Positions 25,048 through 36,323 of a stretch of DNA of 64,000 nt are shown here, piece by piece. Origin of the DNA: Escherichia coli (GTDB taxonomy: Bacteria; Pseudomonadota; Gammaproteobacteria; Enterobacterales; Enterobacteriaceae); NCBI RefSeq assembly GCF_050920415.1, contig NZ_CP169309.1; one strand, 5' to 3'. Made by a program: the position numbers and the translations under genes. The notes below the pieces were generated by a model, which saw only the letters and a program-made list of their open reading frames with translations, was not told the DNA's origin and did not search any database. Within the stretch, counting starts at the first letter, position 1; every line of letters starts with the position of its first letter.

Positions 25048-26103
25048 TTAACGCAGGCGATTATAATCATCGACCATTTCGTTGTACTCGCGTAACGCTC
25101 GCGGAAATGAGTCGTCGACCATCCAGCTTGTGTTTGCATCCTGAAGTTGCTCTTTATCCCAGTCAGAATACGGAACTTTATCTCTGACGCGGCGAACATA
25201 TTTTTTAGCCTCGAGTTGATACTGGTCTGCCGAATTAATGAACGAGAAATTCATACCGCCTTTATCCGCTTCTTTGGCCTGCGCCACCAGCGTTTCCAGT
25301 TCAGAGACTTTCTTCATTGCCGCATCAACATCAAACTTCTCTTGCGAAATCAGGTTATTAATTTGTTTCGCTGAAATCATGACTGCCAGGGAGTAGTAGT
25401 GGAATGTTTTTCCTTCTGTTTCTTCAATATTTTTCAGTTCCGCAAGCTGACGCTTATCGTTAATTTCCTGAATCGCCGCATGATAAGATTCTGCTACAGG
25501 TTCAAAGGCTTCAAGATTTTTTAAGAATGTCTGGTGCAGCGTTTTCCCTTTCGCAAACGCATCGTCTTTATAATTTTCCTGGGTGTAATATTTATCCATT
25601 TCGTTAATGGTATTACCCAACGCCACGGCAGCATCAATATAACTCACCGCCACGCCATCAATAGGTTGCAGCGCAGGCGTTAACGCCACAGCACTTTTTA
25701 CGCCTTTTTCACACTCAGCGAGGTTGGATTCACTAATACCGTAGATACCATAAACAGTACGCTCTTCACCGGTAGGGCCCTGTTTAAAATCTTTCAGCCA
25801 GTCAGCATAACGCGCCAGACTGCTCTGTACAGGAATCTGTAAGTTGTTGTAGCACTTGATATAGATATCCATTTTTTCGTCGAAAACCGCTTGTTCATCC
25901 ACCACCGGTTGCGCAGGTGTTTCAGGTTTAGCTTCTGCTTTTGCAACGGGAGCTTCAGTAGGTTTCGCTTCAGGAGCTAGTGCGGCAGGTTGACTATTGG
26001 CAGGCGGGGGCGTTTCTGTTTCGGTTTTTTTATCATCACAACCCGTGATACCGAGAGCCATGATGGCGGCTATAATAGCGGAAGATAATAAATTCCTTTT
26101 CAT
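25048..26103 (-). CDS. yiiG: Putative lipoprotein (DUF3829-like)
   Basis: 351 aa; MKRNLLSSAIIAAIMALGITGCDDKK matches a lipobox with Cys +1. Confidence 0.8.
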   Translation of the reverse strand: MKRNLLSSAIIAAIMALGITGCDDKKTETETPPPANSQPAALAPEAKPTEAPVAKAEAKPETPAQPVVDEQAVFDEKMDIYIKCYNNLQIPVQSSLARYADWLKDFKQGPTGEERTVYGIYGISESNLAECEKGVKSAVALTPALQPIDGVAVSYIDAAVALGNTINEMDKYYTQENYKDDAFAKGKTLHQTFLKNLEAFEPVAESYHAAIQEINDKRQLAELKNIEETEGKTFHYYSLAVMISAKQINNLISQEKFDVDAAMKKVSELETLVAQAKEADKGGMNFSFINSADQYQLEAKKYVRRVRDKVPYSDWDKEQLQDANTSWMVDDSFPRALREYNEMVDDYNRLR

Positions 26104-26255
26104 TTAATTGCCTTATAAATATATAGATAAGAGAGTAAACATAATAAAGGAAAAAAGAAAATGCCACTACACGCGTTTTGTTTATAAATAAAACGATAAA
26201 ATTCACGAAATGAATAAGTCCTGCAATTTAATATATATCGCAGGACTTATTTTAA

Positions 26256-27089
26256 TTAATTACTCAAACGCTGCGGATGGGTATAAACCGTTGCCCGACC
26301 CGGCTTACAAAAGCCCACCAGCGTCAAATTACAGCGCTCAGCCACTTCTACGGCAAGCGTGGTCGCGGCAGACACCGCAAACAAAATTTCTACGCCGCAC
26401 ATCGCTGACTTTTGCACCATTTCATAACTGGCACGACTGGAAACCAGCACCGCACCTTGCTGCCAGCTTTCCCCTTCTTGTGACCGGCGGCCTAACAGTT
26501 TATCCAGCGCCACATGGCGACCCACGTCTTCATGCCCGCCTACCAGTTCGCCAGATGGCAACATCCAGGCAGCGGCGTGAGTACAACCAGTCAGTTGCCC
26601 CACTGGCTGGAAATCATTGAGATGGCGTAATGCATCATCCAGTTTGTTGAGATCAAATGTCTGAGTGAACGGCAGCGGCTGCACCGGTTTACCGATGTCA
26701 TTAAGTTGCTCCACGCCGCACACGCCACATCCCGTACGTCCCGCCAGTGCCCGACGACGCTCCTTCAACCCCATAAAGCGGCGGCTGGAAAGCTCAATTT
26801 GCACTTCCAGACCATTACAGGAAGGAACGACATCCATACCGAAGATATCGCGCGGACTTTCGATAATCCCCTCGGAAAGCGAAAAACCGAGCGCAAAGTA
26901 TTCAAGGTCTTTGGGCGACGCCATCATCACCACATGCGAAATGCCGTTGTAGACCAGCGCAACGGGAACCTCTTCCGCCACCTCATCTAACCGTGGGTGT
27001 TGTAAATCGTCACGCCGCCATAACTCAATTTGACGAACACCTGTGACATTTGTCACATTTTTGATTTCTTTTTGCTGTGTTTTTTTCAC
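26256..27089 (-). CDS. fdhD: Formate dehydrogenase sulfurtransferase/accessory protein
   Basis: 277 aa, divergent from fdoG. Confidence 0.9.
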   Translation of the reverse strand: MKKTQQKEIKNVTNVTGVRQIELWRRDDLQHPRLDEVAEEVPVALVYNGISHVVMMASPKDLEYFALGFSLSEGIIESPRDIFGMDVVPSCNGLEVQIELSSRRFMGLKERRRALAGRTGCGVCGVEQLNDIGKPVQPLPFTQTFDLNKLDDALRHLNDFQPVGQLTGCTHAAAWMLPSGELVGGHEDVGRHVALDKLLGRRSQEGESWQQGAVLVSSRASYEMVQKSAMCGVEILFAVSAATTLAVEVAERCNLTLVGFCKPGRATVYTHPQRLSN

Positions 27090-27282
27090 TTTCTATTAAC
27101 CGGATAAGAACACACACACCAACATTATGGTATTCTGTTACAAACCCTTCCTGGATGGAGGGAAATTGAGCCAATTCTGGACCTTTGCGGCCCCTTCCGC
27201 AAAGAAAAATAACTCCCACTCCCTGCACAAGCAGCAAGCGAATGTAAATGGGACGTGACAATGTCGAAACAAGGAGCAATCC

Positions 27283-30200
27283 ATGCAGGTCAGCAGAAGG
27301 CAGTTCTTTAAGATCTGCGCTGGCGGTATGGCAGGCACCACGGCAGCGGCACTGGGTTTTGCACCCAGCGTAGCACTCGCGGAAACCCGGCAGTATAAAC
27401 TGCTGCGCACCCGCGAAACCCGTAATACCTGCACCTATTGTTCCGTAGGCTGTGGGCTGTTGATGTACAGCCTCGGTGACGGAGCAAAAAACGCCAAAGC
27501 ATCTATCTTCCATATCGAAGGTGACCCGGATCACCCGGTCAACCGCGGTGCACTTTGTCCGAAAGGCGCTGGCCTGGTGGATTTCATCCACTCCGAAAGC
27601 CGTCTGAAGTTTCCGGAATACCGTGCGCCAGGTTCTGATAAATGGCAGCAAATCAGTTGGGAAGAGGCGTTTGATCGCATTGCCAAACTGATGAAAGAAG
27701 ACCGCGATGCTAACTACATTGCGCAAAACGCCGAAGGCGTGACTGTTAACCGCTGGCTCTCCACCGGGATGCTGTGTGCTTCCGCGTCGAGTAACGAAAC
27801 CGGCTATTTAACGCAAAAATTCTCCCGCGCGCTGGGTATGCTCGCGGTCGACAACCAGGCGCGTGTCTGACACGGACCAACGGTAGCAAGTCTTGCTCCA
27901 ACATTTGGTCGCGGTGCGATGACCAACCACTGGGTCGACATCAAGAACGCCAACCTCGTCGTGGTGATGGGCGGTAACGCCGCTGAAGCTCACCCGGTCG
28001 GGTTCCGCTGGGCGATGGAAGCCAAAATTCACAACGGCGCGAAGCTGATTGTGATCGATCCTCGCTTTACGCGTACGGCGGCGGTGGCTGACTACTATGC
28101 CCCTATTCGTTCCGGTACTGACATTGCTTTCCTGTCAGGCGTATTGCTGTACCTGCTGAACAATGAAAAATTCAACCGCGAATACACCGAAGCCTATACC
28201 AACGCCAGCCTGATCGTGCGTGAGGATTACGGCTTTGAAGATGGCCTGTTCACCGGCTACGACGCGGAAAAACGCAAGTACGATAAATCCTCCTGGACTT
28301 ACGAACTGGACGAAAACGGCTTCGCCAAACGCGATACCACGCTGCAACATCCGCGCTGCGTGTGGAACTTGCTGAAACAGCACGTTTCCCGTTATACGCC
28401 AGATGTGGTTGAAAACATCTGTGGCACGCCGAAAGACGCGTTCCTGAAAGTCTGCGAATACATCGCCGAAACCAGTGCTCACGATAAAACTGCCTCGTTC
28501 CTTTACGCGCTCGGCTGGACGCAACACTCCGTTGGTGCGCAGAACATTCGTACGATGGCGATGATCCAGCTGCTGCTCGGCAATATGGGGATGGCAGGCG
28601 GCGGCGTTAACGCCCTGCGCGGTCACTCCAACATTCAGGGGCTGACGGACCTGGGGCTGCTGTCGCAGAGCCTGCCAGGTTACATGACGCTGCCAAGCGA
28701 GAAGCAGACCGATCTGCAAACCTACCTTGCCGCCAACACGCCGAAACCGCTGCTGGAAGGCCAGGTTAACTACTGGGGCAATTACCCGAAATTCTTCGTC
28801 TCCATGATGAAGGCCTTCTTTGGTGATAAAGCGACGGCAGAAAACAGCTGGGGCTTTGACTGGTTGCCGAAGTGGGATAAAGGCTACGACGTCCTGCAAT
28901 ACTTCGAGATGATGAAAGAGGGCAAGGTCAATGGCTATATCTGCCAGGGCTTTAACCCTGTTGCCTCATTCCCGAACAAAAACAAAGTGATCGGTTGTCT
29001 GTCGAAACTGAAGTTCCTCGTCACTATCGACCCGCTGAACACTGAAACCTCTAACTTCTGGCAGAACCACGGTGAGCTGAACGAAGTGGACTCGTCGAAG
29101 ATCCAGACCGAAGTGTTCCGTCTGCCATCGACCTGCTTCGCGGAAGAGAACGGTTCAATCGTTAACTCCGGTCGCTGGTTGCAGTGGCACTGGAAAGGTG
29201 CGGACGCCCCGGGGATTGCGCTGACTGATGGCGAGATCCTCTCCGGTATCTTCCTGCGCTTGCGCAAGATGTACGCCGAACAGGGTGGCGCGAACCCGGA
29301 CCAGGTGCTGAACATGACCTGGAACTACGCCATTCCGCATGAGCCGAAGTCGGAAGAAGTAGCGATGGAGAGCAACGGTAAGGCGCTGGCCGATATTACC
29401 GATCCGGCAACCGGTGCGGTTATCGTCAAGAAAGGCCAACAACTTAGCTCGTTCGCACAACTGCGCGATGACGGTACCACCTCCTGTGGCTGCTGGATTT
29501 TCGCCGGTAGCTGGACGCCAGAGGGCAACCAGATGGCACGCCGTGATAACGCCGATCCGTCTGGCCTCGGTAACACGCTGGGCTGGGCATGGGCATGGCC
29601 GCTTAACCGCCGCATTCTGTATAACCGCGCCTCCGCAGATCCGCAGGGTAACCCGTGGGATCCGAAGCGTCAGTTGCTGAAATGGGACGGCACTAAGTGG
29701 ACCGGCTGGGATATTCCGGACTACAGCGCAGCACCTCCGGGCAGTGGCGTCGGGCCGTTTATCATGCAGCAGGAAGGCATGGGGCGTCTGTTTGCCCTCG
29801 ATAAGATGGCGGAAGGTCCGTTCCCGGAACACTACGAGCCGTTTGAAACGCCGCTGGGAACTAACCCGCTGCATCCAAACGTTATCTCGAACCCGGCTGC
29901 ACGTATCTTTAAAGACGACGCCGAAGCATTGGGTAAAGCCGATAAGTTCCCGTATGTCGGAACCACCTATCGTCTGACCGAGCACTTCCACTACTGGACC
30001 AAACACGCGCTGTTGAACGCGATTTTGCAACCAGAGCAGTTTGTGGAAATCGGTGAGTCGCTGGCGAATAAACTTGGCATTGCCCAGGGCGATACCGTGA
30101 AAGTCTCCTCCAACCGTGGCTATATCAAAGCCAAAGCGGTGGTGACCAAACGTATTCGCACGCTGAAAGCGAATGGCAAAGATATCGATACCATCGGTAT

Positions 30201-30333
30201 TCCGATTCACTGGGGCTATGAAGGTGTTGCGAAAAAAGGCTTTATTGCCAATACGTTAACGCCATTCGTTGGTGATGCGAACACGCAGACGCCGGAGTTT
30301 AAATCCTTCCTTGTGAATGTGGAAAAGGTGTAA
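27283..30333 (+). CDS. fdoG: Formate dehydrogenase-O catalytic subunit; selenoprotein with in-frame UGA (Sec) at 27868-27870
   Basis: ORFs 27283..27870 and 27919..30333 are one frame split only by TGA. Tat signal MQVSRRQFFKICAGG; Mo-bisPGD domains. Total 1016 codons. Confidence 0.93.
27871..27910 (+). promoter_or_regulatory. SECIS recoding element directing Sec insertion at the fdoG UGA
   Basis: Stem-loop (…GGTAGCAAGTCTTGCTCC…) immediately 3' of the in-frame TGA. Confidence 0.7.
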
Positions 30334-30345
30334 CGGAGACGACAT

Positions 30346-31248
30346 ATGGCTTATCAATCTCAAGATATCATTCGTCGTTCCGCGACTAACGGTCTGACCC
30401 CCGCGCCTCAGGCGCGGGACTTCCAGGAAGAAGTGGCGAAACTCATCGACGTCACCACCTGTATCGGCTGTAAAGCCTGTCAGGTGGCGTGTTCAGAGTG
30501 GAACGACATTCGCGATACCGTCGGCAATAACATTGGGGTGTACGACAACCCCAATGATTTAAGCGCCAAATCGTGGACGGTAATGCGCTTCTCGGAAGTG
30601 GAGCAGAACGACAAACTGGAATGGCTGATCCGCAAAGACGGCTGTATGCACTGTTCCGATCCAGGCTGCCTGAAAGCGTGCCCGGCGGAAGGAGCAATTA
30701 TTCAGTATGCCAACGGTATCGTCGACTTCCAGTCCGAGCAGTGCATCGGCTGCGGTTATTGCATTGCGGGCTGTCCGTTCGACATTCCGCGCCTCAACCC
30801 GGAAGACAACCGCGTCTACAAATGTACACTGTGCGTTGACCGCGTGGTGGTTGGGCAAGAACCGGCCTGCGTGAAGACCTGCCCAACGGGCGCGATTCAC
30901 TTCGGTACGAAAGAGTCGATGAAAACGCTGGCGAGCGAGCGCGTGGCGGAGCTGAAAACCCGTGGTTACGACAATGCGGGTCTGTACGATCCGGCAGGCG
31001 TGGGTGGTACACACGTTATGTACGTGCTGCACCATGCTGACAAGCCGAATCTGTATCATGGCTTGCCGGAGAACCCGGAAATCAGCGAAACCGTGAAATT
31101 CTGGAAAGGCATCTGGAAACCGCTCGCAGCTGTTGGCTTTGCGGCTACCTTCGCAGCCAGTATCTTCCACTACGTGGGTGTCGGTCCGAACCGTGCGGAT
31201 GAGGAAGAGAATAATCTGCACGAAGAGAAAGACGAGGAGCGCAAATGA
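30346..31248 (+). CDS. fdoH: Formate dehydrogenase-O Fe-S subunit
   Basis: 300 aa, four Cys clusters (CIGCKAC, CMHC, CIGCGYC, CTLC) and a C-terminal transmembrane segment. Confidence 0.95.
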
Positions 31249-31880
31249 AACGACGTGACACCATCGTGCGCTACACCGCGCCGGAACGTATCAACCACTG
31301 GATCACCGCCTTCTGCTTCATCCTGGCGGCGGTGAGCGGGCTGGGCTTTTTGTTCCCGTCCTTCAACTGGTTGATGCAAATCATGGGCACACCGCAGCTG
31401 GCGCGAATTCTGCACCCGTTTGTCGGCGTGGTTATGTTTGCCTCGTTCATCATCATGTTTTTCCGTTACTGGCATCACAACCTAATCAATCGGGATGATA
31501 TCTTTTGGGCGAAGAATATTCGTAAGATCGTCGTCAACGAGGAAGTAGGTGACACCGGGCGTTATAACTTCGGTCAGAAATGCGTTTTCTGGGCGGCGAT
31601 TATTTTCCTGGTCCTGCTGCTGGTGAGCGGTGTGATTATCTGGCGTCCTTATTTTGCGCCTGCTTTCTCAATCCCGGTGATCCGATTCGCGTTAATGCTG
31701 CATTCATTTGCCGCAGTGGCGTTAATTGTGGTTATCATGGTGCATATCTACGCCGCCCTTTGGGTGAAAGGCACGATTACCGCCATGGTGGAAGGATGGG
31801 TTACCAGCGCATGGGCGAAGAAACATCACCCACGCTGGTACCGTGAGGTCCGCAAGACAACGGAAAAGAAAGCTGAATGA
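31245..31880 (+). CDS. fdoI: Formate dehydrogenase-O cytochrome b556 subunit
   Basis: 211 aa, four transmembrane helices. Confidence 0.93.
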
Positions 31881-32806
31881 GTATTCGCATAATCCCGCAA
31901 GATGAGCTGGGTTCGAGCGAGAAACGTACGGCGGATATGATTCCGCCGTTATTGTTCCCTCGGCTCAAAAATTTATACAACCGCCGCGCTGAACGTCTGC
32001 GCGAGCTGGCAGAAAATAATCCGCTGGGTGATTACCTGCGTTTTGCTGCGCTTATCGCCCACGCCCAGGAAGTGGTGCTGTACGACCATCCGCTGGAGAT
32101 GGATCTGACCGCGCGCATTAAAGAAGCCAGCGCACAAGGCAAGCCACCGCTGGATATTCACGTTTTGCCGCGTGATAAGCACTGGCAAAAGCTGCTGATG
32201 GCAATGATTGCTGAGCTGAAACCTGAAATGAGCGGCCCGGCGCTGGCAGTGATTGAGAATCTGGAGAAGGCATCAAGCCAGGAGCTGGAAGATATGGCCA
32301 GCGCACTGTTTGCCTCTGATTTCTCGTCCGTCAGCAGCGATAAAGCGCCGTTTATCTGGGCTGCACTGTCGCTCTACTGGGCGCAGATGGCCAATCTGAT
32401 CCCTGGCAAAGCCCGCGCTGAATACGGCGAACAACGTCAATATTGCCCGGTTTGTGGTTCTATGCCGGTGTCCAGCATGGTGCAAATTGGCACTACTCAG
32501 GGTCTGCGTTACCTGCACTGCAACCTGTGTGAAACTGAATGGCACGTAGTGCGCGTAAAATGCAGCAACTGTGAACAGAGCGGCAAACTGCATTACTGGT
32601 CGCTGGATGACGAACAGGCCGCGATTAAAGCCGAAAGCTGCGATGACTGTGGCACTTACCTTAAGATTCTTTATCAGGAAAAAGAACCGAAAGTTGAAGC
32701 CGTGGCAGATGACCTCGCCTCTCTGGTACTGGATGCGCGAATGGAGCAAGAAGGCTACGCCCGCAGTTCCATTAACCCGTTCCTGTTTCCGGGTGAAGGG
32801 GAGTAA
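31877..32806 (+). CDS. fdhE: Formate dehydrogenase formation protein
   Basis: 309 aa, CxxC pairs ([27 protein letters not shown]). Confidence 0.93.
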   Translation: MSIRIIPQDELGSSEKRTADMIPPLLFPRLKNLYNRRAERLRELAENNPLGDYLRFAALIAHAQEVVLYDHPLEMDLTARIKEASAQGKPPLDIHVLPRDKHWQKLLMAMIAELKPEMSGPALAVIENLEKASSQELEDMASALFASDFSSVSSDKAPFIWAALSLYWAQMANLIPGKARAEYGEQRQYCPVCGSMPVSSMVQIGTTQGLRYLHCNLCETEWHVVRVKCSNCEQSGKLHYWSLDDEQAAIKAESCDDCGTYLKILYQEKEPKVEAVADDLASLVLDARMEQEGYARSSINPFLFPGEGE

Positions 32807-32988
32807 TCTCTGACGTTTTCCGGGTGGCGCTGGTCGCCCGGATTACAGTTCATAGGGTATGACGACACCATCTCTCGTATTCCGCGTTACCCATTCAAGA
32901 CTATGCTGTTAGTGCCTGTTTGGCCTCATTCTTCCCGCCAACACATCGATAAGGTTATTGGTATGTCACTGATGACAAGCGTAAGATT

Positions 32989-33090
32989 GCCTGATGCGCT
33001 GCGCTTATCAGGCCTACCAATAAACTGCAATATGTTGAATTTGCACGACTTTGTAGGCAGGATAAGGCGTTCACGCCGCATCCGGCATGA
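32989..33090. repeat. REP/BIME cluster downstream of fdhE
   Basis: GCCTGATGCGCTGCGCTTATCAGGCCTAC ... GGCGTTCACGCCGCATCCGGCA units. Confidence 0.8.
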
Positions 33091-33136
33091 ACAACTCGCA
33101 CGTTGTCAGCAATCTGATTGATATCATTTTTTCCCA

Positions 33137-33355
33137 TTACCATTCCTCGCGCAGCTTACGCTGGTATTCGACACCATCTTCCTCACATCCTTGCCAGATG
33201 CCAAAAGCACTGGTTCTTGCTGTTTGCGATTGATTTACCTGGTATTGATCTACCGCTTCCCGTAATAGCTCCGCACGAGGAAGATTACACTGCACCTCAA
33301 GATCATCAAGTTGCTTAATCACCTCATTCGATAAATCGAGTAAAATTCTGCCCAT
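33137..33355 (-). CDS. yiiF: Small ribbon-helix-helix (CopG/Arc-like) DNA-binding protein
   Basis: 72 aa from [21 protein letters not shown]...; paralogous to the next gene. Confidence 0.75.
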   Translation of the reverse strand: MGRILLDLSNEVIKQLDDLEVQCNLPRAELLREAVDQYQVNQSQTARTSAFGIWQGCEEDGVEYQRKLREEW

Positions 33356-33463
33356 ATCCATACCTGCCAGAGAGTTCATAAATATCTCGCCAATATCATT
33401 TTGAATCTATGGAGAGAAAAGTACCTTTGTCGAATGCTTAAAGAAAGTGCATTTACGTATCAC

Positions 33464-33511
33464 TTTTATTTTTGCGAGGCGTTTTCCAGATATGATGTAA
33501 CAGTTGCAGTT
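33464..33511. promoter_or_regulatory. Conserved ~48-bp block upstream of yiiF (candidate promoter/operator), duplicated upstream of yiiE
   Basis: TTTTATTTTTGCGAGGCGTTTTCCAGATATGATGTAACAGTTGCAGTT versus the yiiE copy TTTTGTTTTTGCGAGACGTTTTCCAGAAATAATAAGAACGTTGCAGTT. Confidence 0.5.
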
Positions 33512-33595
33512 ATTATAAGTTCAAGTAAAACAACCTTGTATTAATACCAGAATAAGGGCATCTGGTTTTTATATTCAAGAATAAAAAATTTTTTG

Positions 33596-33814
33596 TCATT
33601 CCTTATGCTCCTTACACTGATCATCGACCCCCACTGTCTCCCCCTTTTGCCTGCCTCCCTTTGCTTTACGCACCGGGAATTGCTGACGTTCCAGATATTG
33701 CTCTACCGCTTCGCGTAAAATTGCAGATCGTGAAACCTTACGCCAGCCCCTAAGCTTGTTCAGCCGTTTAATTGCCTCTTCTGATAAATGAAGAAAAACC
33801 GTATTCATCGTCAT
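33596..33814 (-). CDS. yiiE: Small ribbon-helix-helix (CopG/Arc-like) DNA-binding protein
   Basis: 72 aa from MTMNTVFLHLSEEAIKRLNKLRG...; the ORF track starts 3 codons earlier at GTG. Confidence 0.75.
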   Translation of the reverse strand: MTMNTVFLHLSEEAIKRLNKLRGWRKVSRSAILREAVEQYLERQQFPVRKAKGGRQKGETVGVDDQCKEHKE

Positions 33815-33902
33815 TGCCACCACCTAACATATATTACTCATTAATGTATGTGCGAAAATTACGCCGAAAAATCATTTAAAAAAAGCGGATTTTTGCATGC
33901 TG

Positions 33903-33950
33903 TTTTGTTTTTGCGAGACGTTTTCCAGAAATAATAAGAACGTTGCAGTT
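33903..33950. promoter_or_regulatory. Conserved ~48-bp block upstream of yiiE (paralogous to the yiiF block)
   Basis: See the yiiF block; about 38 of 48 identical positions at a similar distance from the start codon. Confidence 0.5.
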
Positions 33951-34338
33951 GTTTCATTTGTTAATCAAAAATGGTTTGGTTATCGCCCAGGATGAGATAT
34001 GGGTGCTATAAATATATTATATTCAGGGATATTTATTTTTTGATTGGGTCTTCATTTGCATAATCTGAATGGTGTACCCGAAAAACGTCAGCATCCTAAC
34101 AGCACCAGGATTTAAGGTGAAATTTAACATCCATCACAGACCGGTCAATGCTGCCACCAACCGGTCTTTACTTGCTCGTCGTTATAATTTTGTGGGTAAC
34201 AGTTCGGGAAACAAGGAATTCCTTCCGGAACACCCCGGTATCATCCGATAGCATTGACGTCAATCATCAGCGCGACGGTGAGTTTTTTTAATCGAATCAT
34301 AGGATGGTAACGTTAAGCACGATTACGGGTCATAGTAA

Positions 34339-34379
34339 AACTCCTGAGCTGGCGGCACTATGCCGCTTTCACAGGAGTT
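34339..34379. other. Inverted repeat / stem-loop in the 3' flank of the phosphatase-like gene
   Basis: AACTCCTG-25 nt-CAGGAGTT, with the loop itself partly self-complementary (GGCGGCA...TGCCGCT). Confidence 0.4.
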
Positions 34380-34508
34380 CTGAATGCTGGTGCTTTCTGT
34401 ATGGCATAACCATGCCCCTCGCGGCTAAGTGCCTGCACACTTCTCTCTTTGTATGTCATTTTTGCAATGCATTGGCCGAATTCTGGTAATTCAAATGAGT
34501 TTTACTCT

Positions 34509-36323
34509 TCAGACTCCCATCCCTACGGTATACGAGTTAGATTCATGAATGAAATCGACATTTTTAAAAAACGAATCTTGTAAAACATCCGTGTTGATAT
34601 TACCTTGCAAACCAACATTGAATTTGTTAGAGACATGAAGAATTCGAATATCAAACAGGTCTTTTAACATCATTAATTCTTCAGCTGTTAATGACTCGCA
34701 ACTAAAATATCCCTGTTGATCAAAAAGGTTTTCAATTTCTCCACCATAGGCGAGGCGTTTTTCAATGAGTGTTTGCAACATCGAGTTGCCAAGGACAATG
34801 GATATCGTGCGATCTTTCGCAGATTTACACCCCATCACAACGGCAACATTCGTATCCCTCTCAGGAATTTCATTTATCGCCGTCGCTAAAATGGTGGTCA
34901 AACACGCAAACGGAACTGTATTTCTTTCGTGATTTAATTTATCTACCAGTTCATTCCATTTATCAAAAATCGGGCGATATTTGTTGCGCGCAGAAATATC
35001 CAACTGGTTAAACAATTCAGCCATGCGTTTTTTTATCATCTCGATATCCGGCGAGTCAGAAATACTTTTCGCATAATACGGGCCTGATGATGTTGCATAC
35101 ATTAAAGCAGCGCCCACACCTGTCACCATGATAGGTGCAACCACGGTTTTGGCAAAGGCGACGCTGCGATGGCTATGCGCTTCACAGTCTAAAGGAATAT
35201 ATTCCACTGGCTGCGGTAAATCCTGGCATGCCTCCCTCATCATTGCGGTATGTTTTACAAACAACGGTTTTTCATTGCCAAAAAAAACTTTCTGCTTAAT
35301 TGCACTAAGAAAACGCAAATCAAAAATGATTGTTTTTGGTTTATTATTTTTGGGCACATTTCCTATTATCCCGCTAAGAACCTTCCTTGCTGCATGGAGA
35401 TTTTTTTGCACAGCACATAACACAATTGACGAAGCCTTCTCTACTTCGTTATTGATTTTAATTTTAAAATCTGCATGATATACGTTGACGGGCAATGTAA
35501 GTATATCTGGACTTACATCTTTGGCTGAGTATTTATTGGTGATCGACGGTCGTGAATCCACGAGAAAACTTAGCTGCAAATTATGCTCTATATTACCAGC
35601 TGTTTTTGTAGTGTGATTAAACATAGAGATGCCACCTCTCATTCTTTCACACATATCCTCAACTTTTTCACTTCGTTCTTGAGGCAATTTGGCTTTAACG
35701 TTAATTTGATGATTTTTACCCGTGCATTCCTTAACTACAAGGGGAACGTTATCTAAAGCGCCATATAGGTTAATAACGTCACCAGGCTTTTTATCATGTA
35801 AGTAAGTTTGATTAATACTCGAGGCATTCACAAAGAGGTCAATATTATAACTGTTTATAACTTCACCTACATCAAATGTGTAGTGCTTACTCTGGAGGCT
35901 GCCATCCTTATTTAATTGTATATCAATCAATATATCCCCTGACTTTGTCACCATATCTTTGCCATAAACCATTTGCATAGCCATTTCGAGGAGGTTTTTA
36001 TCTAACTGATTGCGGGCGTTGAGTAAGCGACTACCAAATAATTTATATACTGTTCCCGTCATTGCCAGCGCTGCGCTTTCTGTTACTTTGCGTTTCCACA
36101 GTGAGGTTTCTCTATTTTTGAACAGGCCATATTCATTATTACTCGACAACCCGAGTTTCAGTTCGTTAACACAATCGCACAGTTGCTCCTCACCTTCCAT
36201 TTTAAGGCAAAGTGAAAAATGATTTAATAGCGTTTGCTTCGGTGATTCATTACTCGTTAGTTGTTTTTCTAAATTAACAATAGAATAACCTTCTTGTTTA
36301 ATGAGATTAATATTGGCAACCAT
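34509..36323 (-). CDS. Putative phosphoinositide (inositol-polyphosphate) 4-phosphatase-like protein, CX5R family (IpgD/SopB/INPP4-like); candidate secreted effector
   Basis: Open frame 34509..36422 (637 codons). Exact motif VVMGCKSAKDRTI with Cys about 105 aa from the C-terminus, encoded at about 34806-34829. Start placed at ATG 36321-36323 because it has a near-perfect AAGGAGG Shine-Dalgarno 5 nt upstream (604 aa); the ATG at 36420-36422 has none. Very AT-rich. Confidence 0.55.
   Translation of the reverse strand: MVANINLIKQEGYSIVNLEKQLTSNESPKQTLLNHFSLCLKMEGEEQLCDCVNELKLGLSSNNEYGLFKNRETSLWKRKVTESAALAMTGTVYKLFGSRLLNARNQLDKNLLEMAMQMVYGKDMVTKSGDILIDIQLNKDGSLQSKHYTFDVGEVINSYNIDLFVNASSINQTYLHDKKPGDVINLYGALDNVPLVVKECTGKNHQINVKAKLPQERSEKVEDMCERMRGGISMFNHTTKTAGNIEHNLQLSFLVDSRPSITNKYSAKDVSPDILTLPVNVYHADFKIKINNEVEKASSIVLCAVQKNLHAARKVLSGIIGNVPKNNKPKTIIFDLRFLSAIKQKVFFGNEKPLFVKHTAMMREACQDLPQPVEYIPLDCEAHSHRSVAFAKTVVAPIMVTGVGAALMYATSSGPYYAKSISDSPDIEMIKKRMAELFNQLDISARNKYRPIFDKWNELVDKLNHERNTVPFACLTTILATAINEIPERDTNVAVVMGCKSAKDRTISIVLGNSMLQTLIEKRLAYGGEIENLFDQQGYFSCESLTAEELMMLKDLFDIRILHVSNKFNVGLQGNINTDVLQDSFFKNVDFIHESNSYTVGMGV

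Noticed and set aside
28135-30210. Long minus-strand ORFs (254 aa and 351 aa) inside fdoG
   Set aside because: Antisense to a well-supported selenoprotein gene; Arg/Gly-rich junk composition.
30559-31221. 220-aa minus-strand ORF inside fdoH
   Set aside because: Antisense to fdoH, which has clear ferredoxin Cys clusters.
34069-34489. Two ~60-aa plus-strand ORFs in the island's 3' flank
   Set aside because: No convincing Shine-Dalgarno (AGG abuts the ATG of the second), they overlap the inverted-repeat structure, and have odd composition. More likely non-coding flank. Also considered as a possible effector chaperone, but wrong strand and size.
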